A stretch of 64,000 nt of DNA from NCBI GenBank assembly GCA_003647275.1, contig QMMN01000010.1:1121-65120 (forward strand), read 5' to 3'. The DNA is from Deltaproteobacteria bacterium (lineage in GTDB: Bacteria > Desulfobacterota > Desulfobacteria > Desulfobacterales > C00003060). Below are positions 48,826-57,149 of this stretch, one piece after another. The stretch's first letter is position 1. Each line of letters opens with the position of its first letter. The translations under genes and the position numbers were made by a program. Below the pieces are notes generated by a model. That model searched no databases. It saw only the letters and a program-made list of their open reading frames with translations, and was not told the DNA's origin.

Positions 48826-48931
48826 AGACAGGCCATGTGTGCGTGTGCCTGTTCACATCCCCCTCAGAGGCCCCTGAGCTTGGTGAAAGGTGTAAGACCT
48901 GCTGTGGCTGTTTTCTCAGGGGCTCTCTTTT
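48826..48931 (+). ncRNA. candidate small RNA (promoter to terminator-like hairpin)
   Basis: Hairpin ACAGGC/GCCTGT, then GAGGCCCCTGAG...CTCAGGGGCTC followed by TCTTTTT. No ORF is present and no known RNA family was recognised. Confidence 0.25.
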
Positions 48932-49052
48932 TCACGCTCGTCGGCTTCTCGCTTACCTCAAGACCACAAACCTAAATGTCGAGACCCTTTGCAAAACGTT
49001 CAATTTTATTCAAGGTCAAGGGTAATTCCGCGAGATAGCGGAATTGGACAAC

Positions 49053-49114
49053 TGTGAAGTTCCCCGCCCATAGGGCGGAGGTTCGCTTCGCGTCCGGAAA
49101 GCAGGCCGGTCAAG
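49053..49114. repeat. type Y repeat, copy 2
   Basis: GTGAAG, hairpin CCGCCC-ATA-GGGCGG, then GGTTCGCTTCGCGTCCGGAAAGCAGGCCGGTCAAG. Confidence 0.65.
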
Positions 49115-50375
49115 TTGCCTTCAAGTGCGAGGGGCATGGATGCCTCGAGTCAACACAAAGATTTTATCCATTCCAGAGAAATATGCTTCGCCCTAGTGAA
49201 ATATATTTCGTATTTCATAGAACAAGCATTTTACAGGGTAGGCAGGAATACTTTCGAGTATTTTGAGGACAGCGCTGACGGTTGCGCGTAACCGCTTGAA
49301 AAGAGGCACTTCGTGCAAAATCTGAGCCTGACGTAGAGATTGGGCAAAAGCGGAACATTCTCAAAACCCCTCCAACGAATATCCAAGAACGAGTGATTAC
49401 CAAACGCAGAGTTCATAACATGGTCCATGATAGAAGAACAATCAACCTCTTCTCGAGGACCCAGAAGGGGTAAATCGGGAAAGGAGGTAAACATGAGAAT
49501 ATTTTAAAGCTTAGCATACGTGAGACAAAGTATAATATCATACTGTTTGGGGCCCAAGATATCTGCGAAAAGTGCTTTGTGAAAAAGTTTGGTGCAAGCT
49601 AGTCGTTACGTGGTGGGACACCTCAAAAAAAACCTGAAAATTTCAAGTATAGGTAGTGTGTTCCGACGATAGAAGGTTGGAGGCAATTGATCGACACAAA
49701 AAAATAACATTTTCTCCTGGTTGCCTCATCTACTCATGCACTGTAATGCTCTGGCTGGGAATATTAATCACAAAAATAAAAGCGAGATGGCATTTGTCTT
49801 GCCTGTCCGTTCGATAGATTAACGGTTTGGCTGAAGTAGAATACGTCCAAGAATGACTTGATTAATGAAAGTGGTCTCAGAGGCAAATCTTCGGGTATTT
49901 GCAGAGAAAAATTCATTTCGTAATCACGCTAAATACAATTTGACTAAAATGAAGAAGACTGGCTAAATAAAGGTAGCAACGTCCAGGTCAAATTTAGCCT
50001 TCTCCTATGTGAGCTTATGCCACCTCATCTGCTCATTTGCTCTTAATGCACCTTAATCGAGTGAAAATGCCATTTCACTTCTGATAAAGTGCTTACCCAC
50101 AAAGACATCTAGGGTGATCAGCACGGTTTTTGTAAATCACCTGTTAACGTGTTTTGGTGATTCAATTGATTGGGCCAAATATCCCGTCCGTTCTTCGTTT
50201 ACGGCGGATGGAAGCAGATTTTTGACTCAATTAAGATGCACAAAAGTGGTATTTCTCTTTTTCCAATGAAATTTCTCAAAACATACGGATTTATTTTGAC
50301 TCTGTGCCAAACGCTGCATTTTAATCACATCGAATATAGTTTTGCTTAAACCTTCAAATAAACGGTTAATAGTCA

Positions 50376-50404
50376 TTGACTTTATTTCATCAATCTTTTA
50401 TAAT
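50376..50404 (+). promoter_or_regulatory. near-consensus sigma70 promoter of the IHF/HU-like gene
   Basis: TTGACT, a 17-nt spacer, then TATAAT. Confidence 0.6.
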
Positions 50405-50436
50405 TATTACTTAAGGGATTTTATCAGGAGGACCCT

Positions 50437-50715
50437 ATGAACAAGGCAGAGCTCATAGAAGCCCTTAGAGAGGAGGCTAGCCTCTCAAGAACCAAGGCGA
50501 GGGAAGTCGTTGAGCTGTTCTTTGATGAAATGGCCAATACCCTTACAAGTGGCGGCCGGGTGGAGATCCGTGGATTGTGCTCTTTTTTTGTGAAGGAATA
50601 TAAGGCTTACACCGGCAGAAACCCCAAGACCGGAGAACCGACGCTCGTGAAACCCAAGAAGTTGCCCTTCTTCAAATGCGGTAAGGAATTGAAAGAGAGG
50701 GTAGATTACAAATAA
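50437..50715 (+). CDS. IHF/HU-family DNA-binding protein
   Basis: MNKAELIEAL..., RVEIRGLCSFFVKEYKAYTGRNPKTGE and KKLPFFKCGKELKERV. CAGGAGG RBS. Confidence 0.88.
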   Translation: MNKAELIEALREEASLSRTKAREVVELFFDEMANTLTSGGRVEIRGLCSFFVKEYKAYTGRNPKTGEPTLVKPKKLPFFKCGKELKERVDYK

Positions 50716-50741
50716 ACCCAAGTATAAGGAGGAAAGCGAGA

Positions 50742-51107
50742 ATGAAAAGTCTGAAAAAGGATTTGGTGGCTGTAACCAAAGAACTCAAGGCACTTACAAA
50801 GAAGACGGAAAAGATCATGAAGGCGGTTGACAAGCTTGAAAAAGCTCAAGCTGTGAAGAAACCAACAACCAAGGCCAAAACAACAAAAAAGGCTCCTGCT
50901 AAGAAAGCTGCAGCCAAGAAAGCAACTGCATTGACCGCCACTGACCAAATACTCAAAATTATCAAGCGGGCAAAGAAAGGCGTTGATGTCCCCACGCTGA
51001 TAAAGAAGACAGGGTTTGCGGACAAGAAAGTCAGGAATATCGTCTTCAGGTCTTCCAAGCAGGGAAAAATCAAGAAAGCAGGCAGGGGGATTTATGTGGC
51101 CGCATAA
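50742..51107 (+). CDS. Lys/Ala-rich histone-H1-like protein with C-terminal winged-helix-like domain
   Basis: AAGGAGG RBS. It has a coiled-coil N-terminus, a KAKTTKKAPAKKAAAKKA tract, and the C-terminal GVDVPTLIKKTGFADKKVRNIVFRSSKQGKIKKAGRGIYV. Confidence 0.7.
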   Translation: MKSLKKDLVAVTKELKALTKKTEKIMKAVDKLEKAQAVKKPTTKAKTTKKAPAKKAAAKKATALTATDQILKIIKRAKKGVDVPTLIKKTGFADKKVRNIVFRSSKQGKIKKAGRGIYVAA

Positions 51108-51586
51108 TTGCTAACCGTTAGGTTTTCAAATACACAAAAGTAGGCCACTGGGATACGGTCCTGGTTGGCTCTCTTCAGGTCCAGCCCTTGGTGTTTCACA
51201 TCAGGGGCTTTTCTTTTGTTCGTTTCTCGACTTGATTCTCGCCCAAACGAGCTAATCCATGCGTATCCTTGACCTGAATCGGAGCCTTGTGATGGCCTAT
51301 CCCGAAATTCTTCAGTAATACATTACATAAAACTCGGTATATAAGGTTATGCATTTTGAATCCTTCACCAAACTTGCCTCGCAACCGAAAACGTTACTGC
51401 ATTATAGCGGAGGCAATTTCTTTGCAGAGAAAGTAGCGATGTGTATTGGCAATAAGTAGTATTATAATATATTGTTATCCACTATATTCTTATCTATGAT
51501 TTTCCATTTACTAGCATCAGTAACCTTTCAAATACCATTACGGGTTGACGGAAGAGTGTGCAATTTGTTAGGTAGGGGACAGTTAA

Positions 51587-51752
51587 GGACAGTGAAGCCT
51601 CCCCGTGCTTCCGCACGGGGGTTCGCTTCGCGGGCTTACGCGCCCGGTAAAGAAGAGAAACATTTCATTATAGCTCCCCTCGACCCCGCCCTTCCGGACG
51701 GGGGTTCTGCCTTACGGCAGCGCTTTGCGTCCGGGGAGTAAGCCGGTCAAGA
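51587..51752. repeat. type Y repeat, tandem double copy (3a+3b)
   Basis: Copy 3a is GTGAAGCC, hairpin CCCCGTG/CACGGGG, then GGTTCGCTTCGCG.... Copy 3b is hairpin CCCCG../..CGGGG, CTGCC-TTAC-GGCAG, then GCGTCCGGGGAGTAAGCCGGTCAAG. Confidence 0.7.
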
Positions 51753-51780
51753 GGAGTTCACACATAGTTCACACCGATTC

Positions 51781-51815
51781 AAAAAGGGGTCAACCGCAAT
51801 CGGCTACCCCTCCTT
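51781..51815 (-). terminator. rho-independent terminator after the tRNA pair
   Basis: The minus strand reads GGGGTAGCCGATTGCGGTTGACCCC followed by TTTTT. Confidence 0.65.
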
Positions 51816-51824
51816 AAATTCATT

Positions 51825-51902
51825 TGGCGTCCCCAACCGGATTTGAACCGGTGTTGCCGGCGTGAAAGGCCGGTGTCCTGGACCTGGCTAGACGATGGGG
51901 AC
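51825..51902 (-). tRNA. tRNA-Glu (anticodon UUC), CCA encoded
   Basis: Cloverleaf folded by hand: acceptor GTCCCCA/TGGGGAC, anticodon arm CCGGC-CTTTCAC-GCCGG, T arm ACCGG-TTCAAAT-CCGGT. Confidence 0.92.
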
Positions 51903-51904
51903 GC

Positions 51905-51980
51905 TGGTGGGCCGTGCTGGACTCGAACCAGCGACTCTCTGCTTAAAAGGCAGATACTCTACCACCTGAGTTAACGGCCC
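51905..51980 (-). tRNA. tRNA-Lys (anticodon UUU), CCA encoded
   Basis: Acceptor GGGCCGT/ACGGCCC, anticodon arm TCTGC-CTTTTAA-GCAGA, T arm GCTGG-TTCGAGT-CCAGC. Confidence 0.92.
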
Positions 51981-51993
51981 TAAGGAACTTCTT

Positions 51994-52022
51994 TTGCTAA
52001 CATCTTATTAGGTTACTGTCAA
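51994..52022 (-). promoter_or_regulatory. candidate promoter of the tRNA-Lys/tRNA-Glu unit
   Basis: The minus strand has TTGACA, a 17-nt spacer, then TAGCAA, about 14 nt upstream of the tRNA-Lys 5' end. Confidence 0.4.
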
Positions 52023-52059
52023 GGAGAAAGGATCGTCCGGTCAAACACGGCAGTTCATG

Positions 52060-52089
52060 TTGACAAAGCGCGAATAGTGTGCTTATACA
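52060..52089 (+). promoter_or_regulatory. candidate sigma70 promoter of trxA-trxB
   Basis: TTGACA, a 17/18-nt spacer, then TTATAC/TATACA. Confidence 0.45.
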
Positions 52090-52147
52090 TAAAAAGTTGA
52101 GATCGGGTGCATGCTTGGCAAATCCAAAGAAAATAAGGAGTGTTTCC

Positions 52148-52474
52148 ATGACACAAGGTGTTCTGGATGTTGACGACACAAACTTTGAATCACAGATATT
52201 AAAGGCTGATAAGCCCGCCTTAGTCGATTTTTGGGCACCATGGTGCGGACCCTGTAAAGCCATTGCTCCAGTTATCACGGAACTGGAAAAGGCTTATGGG
52301 GACAGAATAATTTTTGCCAGATGTAATGTCGACACCAGTCCCAATACCCCCACACAATACAGTATTCGTGCCATCCCTACCCTCATCCTGTTTCAAAACG
52401 GCAAAGTGGTTGACCAGATCGTTGGCGCCGTACCAAAATCCCATCTGGAAGAGGCCGTAAAAAAGATACTCTGA
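52148..52474 (+). CDS. trxA: thioredoxin
   Basis: The WCGPC active site is present. The internal ATG 52148 (MTQGVLDVDD) follows an AGGAG RBS. Confidence 0.92.
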   Translation: MTQGVLDVDDTNFESQILKADKPALVDFWAPWCGPCKAIAPVITELEKAYGDRIIFARCNVDTSPNTPTQYSIRAIPTLILFQNGKVVDQIVGAVPKSHLEEAVKKIL

Positions 52475-53386
52475 ATGACTCAAGACCTGTACGATGTTGC
52501 CATAATCGGCTGTGGACCTGCCGGACTTCAGGCAGCTATCCATGCTGCCAGCAAGAAGGCAAAGGTTATCGTCTTTGGAAAACCAACCAAGAGTAGCCTT
52601 TACAAGGCCCACATAGCCAATTTTTGCTGCTATGAAAAGCCCATCTCGGGAAAGGACATACTCGAGGCGGGCAGGAAGCAGGCTGAAAGCTTTGACGCAG
52701 TATTCCTGGAAGAGGATATCGTCAAAACGAAAAAAGAGAATAATCTTTTCAGCCTCGTTACAGAAAGCGGTGAAACCTTTACCTCCAGGAGTCTTCTCCT
52801 TTGCATGGGCATTGCCCGAAAAAAGCTCCGCGTCAAAGGAGAAAAGAAGTTTGAAGGCCGCGGTGTGAGCTATTGCGTGGATTGTGATGCGAATTTTTAC
52901 AAGGGTCTAGACGTGGCTGTCGTGGGCAACGAAAGCGCGGCCGCGACCGGCGCCTTGACCCTCTTATTGTATGCCAAGACAGTGTATCTCATTTGCCGGA
53001 AACTTATGATTAGCGATATGCTTTACGAGGAACTGAAAAATAGTCAGGTCAAGATCATACAAGACACCTGGGTTAAGGAGATCTTTGGAACGAATGAGGT
53101 CGAAGGCATATTGTTGAAAAACGATAACACACTGAAGGTAAACGGTATTTTTGTTGAGTTGGGTGCAAAGGGTGCCATGGAGCTAGCCGCTAACCTGGGT
53201 GTCGCCTTTGACCCGGAGACCTTTAGCCATGTTGAGACCAATAGGAAACAGGAGACCAACATCCCGGGCCTTTACGCGGCCGGAGATATTACGGGGCAAC
53301 CATGGCAAATCGCGAAGGCGGTAGGCGAAGGCTGCATAGCAGGAATTGAGGCAGCAGAGTATGCAAAGAAGCTGGCCAACCGTTAA
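52475..53386 (+). CDS. trxB: thioredoxin-disulfide reductase-like flavoprotein
   Basis: GCGPAG FAD motif and the redox motif CVDCDA (a CxxC). The ATG directly follows the trxA stop. Confidence 0.8.
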   Translation: MTQDLYDVAIIGCGPAGLQAAIHAASKKAKVIVFGKPTKSSLYKAHIANFCCYEKPISGKDILEAGRKQAESFDAVFLEEDIVKTKKENNLFSLVTESGETFTSRSLLLCMGIARKKLRVKGEKKFEGRGVSYCVDCDANFYKGLDVAVVGNESAAATGALTLLLYAKTVYLICRKLMISDMLYEELKNSQVKIIQDTWVKEIFGTNEVEGILLKNDNTLKVNGIFVELGAKGAMELAANLGVAFDPETFSHVETNRKQETNIPGLYAAGDITGQPWQIAKAVGEGCIAGIEAAEYAKKLANR

Positions 53387-53396
53387 GGGTATTTGT

Positions 53397-54071
53397 GTGA
53401 ACCTCAGGAAAATCATCTATTTTGCTATCATACTATGGTTGACAGGACAGCTGTTGGGTTGTGCCTGGTTTCAGGCCAAAAAGGAAAAGACAGCCCGAGA
53501 GCTCGCTGAGGAGGGAATGGAGGCCTTCAAGAACGAAGACTATAAAAAAGCCATAGCCTCCTTTGAAAAACTGAAGGACTGGTACCCATTCAGTCAGTAC
53601 GCCATGTTAGCCGAACTCAAGCTTGGGGATGCCCACTACCACCGTAAAGAATACGACGAAGCCATTTTTGCATATGAAGAGTTCGAAAACCTTCATCCCA
53701 AAAATGAGGCCATCCCCTATGTGATTTATCAAACCGGCCGCTGCTATTTTGAGCGACTCCAAACCATTGACCGGGATCAAACCATGACCCGAGAGGCCCT
53801 TCAGACCTTTGAAAGGCTAATCCGCACCTATCCCGCCAGCCCATATGCCAAGAAGGCCAGGGACCACCTGAAGGTCTGTAATAGAAACCTGGCTGAACAT
53901 GAGTTCTATGTAGGCTTGTTTTATTATAAGAGCAAACACTACAAGGCCGCCCTAGAACGTTTCAAAACAGTGGTGAAGTCTTACCCGGACCTGGGGGTTC
54001 ATCATAAGGCCCTTCAGTACATTTCACTGTGTCATGCCAAAATCGACAACGCTGCCAGCGGCAAGAATTAA
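53397..54071 (+). CDS. bamD: outer membrane protein assembly factor BamD (TPR lipoprotein)
   Basis: Lipobox LLGC and TPR-like repeats. The start is uncertain: the GTG at 53397 was chosen to avoid a 41-nt overlap with trxB. Confidence 0.7.
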   Translation: MNLRKIIYFAIILWLTGQLLGCAWFQAKKEKTARELAEEGMEAFKNEDYKKAIASFEKLKDWYPFSQYAMLAELKLGDAHYHRKEYDEAIFAYEEFENLHPKNEAIPYVIYQTGRCYFERLQTIDRDQTMTREALQTFERLIRTYPASPYAKKARDHLKVCNRNLAEHEFYVGLFYYKSKHYKAALERFKTVVKSYPDLGVHHKALQYISLCHAKIDNAASGKN

Positions 54072-54086
54072 GTACATTTAACCAAC

Positions 54087-54695
54087 ATGATCTCCAAGGC
54101 CATAATCTTACTGCCATTCGCCTATATTTTGGGTTCTGTGCCCTGGGGCGTGATCCTGACCCGTATGTTTAGTGATGTGGATGTCAGATCTGCCGGCAGC
54201 AAAAATATAGGGGCTTACAATGTATTTCGGGTTGCCGGAACAAAGCTCGGGGTCATGACGCTTGCGGGAGACCTCTTAAAGGGTGCGGTCCCGGTGCTGG
54301 TGGCGGTCTCCTGGTTTGGGGTCTCAGATTGGAAAGGAGAGGTTTGGGTCTGTCTGATAGCTCTTTCGGCCTTTGCCGGTCATCTCTTTCCCCTATTCTT
54401 GGGCTTTAAGGGAGGCAAAGGAGTGGCTACTGCAGCTGGATGTTTCCTGGTTATCACACCTTTTGTGTTCCTGGTTTGCGTACTGGTCTATGTCTTAGTG
54501 CTGTGCTATTGGGGATACTCCTCAGCAGGCTCGCTTTCTGCGGCAGCTATTCTACCCGGGGCTACATGGCTTGCTATGCACTCGGTTCCCATAACAGCCT
54601 GCGCCTTTATCATGGCAGTGCTCATATTCATTCGCCATGCAGATAACATCAGGCGCTTACTCAAGGGGACAGAACACTCATCACTCCGCCCATAA
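54087..54695 (+). CDS. plsY: glycerol-3-phosphate acyltransferase PlsY
   Basis: YILGSVPWG, GSKNIGAYNV and FKGGKGVAT. Confidence 0.9.
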   Translation: MISKAIILLPFAYILGSVPWGVILTRMFSDVDVRSAGSKNIGAYNVFRVAGTKLGVMTLAGDLLKGAVPVLVAVSWFGVSDWKGEVWVCLIALSAFAGHLFPLFLGFKGGKGVATAAGCFLVITPFVFLVCVLVYVLVLCYWGYSSAGSLSAAAILPGATWLAMHSVPITACAFIMAVLIFIRHADNIRRLLKGTEHSSLRP

Positions 54696-54856
54696 GCGTA
54701 GAGAGCTTTGCAGAGCTCCTTTTCACTTATCTGCATGAACTTTTTGACCCCTCTACGGGCGCTTGCCTCACTAAATCCTGCAAACTCGGCCTAATGGCCT
54801 AAAGAGCGCTGAGCTTGGTATAAGGAAGGAGGGAAGAGAGGAGGGTTAAGCAGATA

Positions 54857-55327
54857 CTATGCGATGGCCTTGTAAACCCCGCGTCCGGTCCTCTTGACCT
54901 TACGTTTCTTGCTAAGCCTGAAAACAATGTTACGGATCTTCTTGTCTTCAAAACCCGTGATTGTCTTAAGTGTCGCCACATCCACGCCAGCCGGGTATTT
55001 CTTCATGGCTGCCAAGACTTTTTCTGAATCTGTCATTTGAGGTTTGGCCTTTGATACCGGCCTTTTTTTGACGCCAGCCTTCTTGTGCACTTTTGCAGGC
55101 CCTGCAACCTTTGTTGCCCGCTTCTGGGCCTTAAGGGCCTTTTCCAATGCCTCTACCCGCTTTGTCAACTGGTCAAAAGCGGCCCTTGTTGGCACCTTTA
55201 ACGACTCAAGAGATTGCTCGGTCTTTTTTATGAGTTTATCGATTTCTTTTTTGGTTGGAATTTTGAAACGATTGGTCATGAACTCGACCACCGGCTCAAG
55301 ATTAAAGGGTTTTTGCTTCTTTTTCAT
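54857..55327 (-). CDS. Lys-rich nucleoid/phasin-like protein with C-terminal winged-helix-like domain (paralog of 50742..51107)
   Basis: MKKKQKPF.... It has phasin-like repeats (IPTKKEIDKLIKK, VPTRAAFDQLTKRVEALEKAL), a K-rich tract, and GVDVATLKTITGFEDKKIRNIVFRLSKKRKVKRTGRGVY. Confidence 0.65.
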   Translation of the reverse strand: MKKKQKPFNLEPVVEFMTNRFKIPTKKEIDKLIKKTEQSLESLKVPTRAAFDQLTKRVEALEKALKAQKRATKVAGPAKVHKKAGVKKRPVSKAKPQMTDSEKVLAAMKKYPAGVDVATLKTITGFEDKKIRNIVFRLSKKRKVKRTGRGVYKAIA

Positions 55328-55365
55328 AAGGCCTCTCCCCCATTGCTTGGAATTTTGAGAAATCT

Positions 55366-55641
55366 TCAGTAATCGACCCGTTCTTTCAACTCTTTGCCGC
55401 ACTTGAAGAAAGGAAGCTTTTTGGGCGGTATTTCAACTGGCGTGCCGGTCTTTGGGTTTCGTCCAATGTAGCCTTTGTAATCCTTTACGAAGATACTGCA
55501 AAAGCCACGTATTTCCACCCTGTCACCCCTGGCAAGGGCCTCTGAAATAGTATCAAAGAAGATGTCGACCACCTGCTCGGCCTTGGCCTTGCTAAGGCCT
55601 GTTTCACTTTGTAAAGAATCAATGAGACCTGACTTGTTCAT
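55366..55641 (-). CDS. IHF/HU-family DNA-binding protein (paralog of 50437..50715)
   Basis: MNKSGLIDSL..., RVEIRGFCSIFVKDYKGYIGRNPKTGT and KKLPFFKCGKELKERVDY. Confidence 0.88.
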   Translation of the reverse strand: MNKSGLIDSLQSETGLSKAKAEQVVDIFFDTISEALARGDRVEIRGFCSIFVKDYKGYIGRNPKTGTPVEIPPKKLPFFKCGKELKERVDY

Positions 55642-55690
55642 AAGCCCTCCATCTGAGCTGTCTTGTCGTCCTTTTTGCGACCCAGGCCAT

Positions 55691-55720
55691 TTAATACATA
55701 ATAACATTTTGAAAAGTCAA
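55691..55720 (-). promoter_or_regulatory. candidate sigma70 promoter of the second IHF/HU-like gene
   Basis: The minus strand has TTGACT, an 18-nt spacer, then TATTAA. Confidence 0.35.
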
Positions 55721-55731
55721 GAGAAATTTCT

Positions 55732-57096
55732 CTACAAACGGCACGAATATCTCTCCTGGATCTCAGCTAACACCGACTCCACCAGGGATTGGATTTCAGA
55801 AAGTCGCGCCTGTGAAAGGGCCTCAAATCGCAGTACCAACACCGGCTGGGTATTGGAAGCCCTGACCAGACCCCAGCCATCTTCAAAAATGACGCGGGCC
55901 CCGTCTATATCAATCACTTTATACCGCTGGCGGAAGTACCCGGTGACATCTTTTACAATCTGAAACTTCTTGTCATCAGGACAGGGCACGCGGATCTCAG
56001 GCGTGGTGTAAGTCCTGGGCACGTCACTTAACAGCTCTGCAATCGTCTTTCCTGTTGCTGCCAAGATCTCCAACAAACGACAAGAGGCATAGAGGGCATC
56101 GTCGTAGCCAAAGTATCGGTCAGCAAAAAACATATGCCCGCTCATCTCCCCTGCCAGTTCAGCCTTGACTTCTTTCATCTTCTGTTTGATGAGGGAGTGT
56201 CCTGTCTTCCACATAATGGCGCGTCCACCGTGTTTTTCTATGTCATCATACAGGGTCTGGGAACACTTGACCTCTGAGATGAACGTGGCACCCGGTTTTC
56301 GGGAAAGGACGTCCCTTGCGTATATGATCATCAACTGGTCGCCCCATATGATATCGCCTTTTTCGTCAACCACGCCAATCCGATCGCCGTCGCCGTCATA
56401 GCCGATCCCAACATCAAGCCCCTTTTCCCGTACCAATGCGATCAAATCCTGCATGTTCTTTACCACTGTAGGATCCGGCTCATGATTGGGAAAATTTCCA
56501 TCCATGTCGCAATAAAGGTCAAAGACCTCGCAGCCCAAGCTCCGCATGATCGGCACCGCCACTGCACCCGCAGTCCCATTCCCAGCATCGATGCCGACCT
56601 TCAAGGGCCTGGCAAGCTTGACATTGTCTTGAAGAAACTGCTTGTATGGCGTTATCACATCAGCAGCCTCCACGCTTCCGCGCCCCTCAGCAAAGGCCCC
56701 GTCCTCAATAATCTTTCGCAGCTTTTGTATCTGCTCTCCAAAAAGTGTGTTATAACCGACACATAACTTAAAACCGTTGTACTCAGGAGGGTTATGGCTT
56801 GCCGTGACCATGATGCCGCCCTCCTGTTTTAGATGCCTGATCGAAAAGTAAAGAACCGGGGTCGGACAGGTGCCGATATCCACCACATGACAGCCCGTGG
56901 CAAGGAGCCCCTCGATCAAAAGATCTCGATACCTCTTAGAACTCAAACGGCAGTCCCGACCTATGGTGACCTTAGAGCGGTTTTCACCCCGAAGGTAAGT
57001 GCCAAATGCCTTACCAATCAAAACCACATCCTGATCGGTTAAGTCTTTGTCGACAATCCCTCTAATGTCGTATTCTCTAAAGATTTCAGAATTCAT
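55732..57096 (-). CDS. phosphomannomutase/phosphoglucomutase
   Basis: TASHNPPEYNGFK (active-site Ser), GIGYDGDGDR (metal site), and GEMSGH. Confidence 0.9.
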   Translation of the reverse strand: MNSEIFREYDIRGIVDKDLTDQDVVLIGKAFGTYLRGENRSKVTIGRDCRLSSKRYRDLLIEGLLATGCHVVDIGTCPTPVLYFSIRHLKQEGGIMVTASHNPPEYNGFKLCVGYNTLFGEQIQKLRKIIEDGAFAEGRGSVEAADVITPYKQFLQDNVKLARPLKVGIDAGNGTAGAVAVPIMRSLGCEVFDLYCDMDGNFPNHEPDPTVVKNMQDLIALVREKGLDVGIGYDGDGDRIGVVDEKGDIIWGDQLMIIYARDVLSRKPGATFISEVKCSQTLYDDIEKHGGRAIMWKTGHSLIKQKMKEVKAELAGEMSGHMFFADRYFGYDDALYASCRLLEILAATGKTIAELLSDVPRTYTTPEIRVPCPDDKKFQIVKDVTGYFRQRYKVIDIDGARVIFEDGWGLVRASNTQPVLVLRFEALSQARLSEIQSLVESVLAEIQERYSCRL

Positions 57097-57149
57097 AATA
57101 ACACCGCTTCAAACCGGGTGCCACACCGGCATTTTCTCAATATCCATCC

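Noticed and set aside
48826-48931. The candidate sRNA, considered as SRP (4.5S) or 6S RNA.
   Set aside because: It lacks the SRP domain IV signature (GGAA tetraloop flanked by AGG/AGCA symmetric loop) and is too short for 6S. It is kept only as an unclassified candidate.
14823-51752. The type Y repeats, considered as a CRISPR array or as self-cleaving ribozymes (twister/hammerhead).
   Set aside because: The copies are dispersed, not regularly spaced with unique spacers, and no cas genes are present. I could not find the CUGAUGA...GAAA hammerhead core or the twister conserved positions. The resemblance to CCCGGAUAAAAG is superficial.
51108-51824. A tRNA-adjacent region, considered as an integrated mobile element or att site.
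   Set aside because: No integrase, transposase or excisionase ORF is present, no direct repeat of the tRNA 3' end was found, and only short unconvincing ORFs occur (for example 51196..51384).
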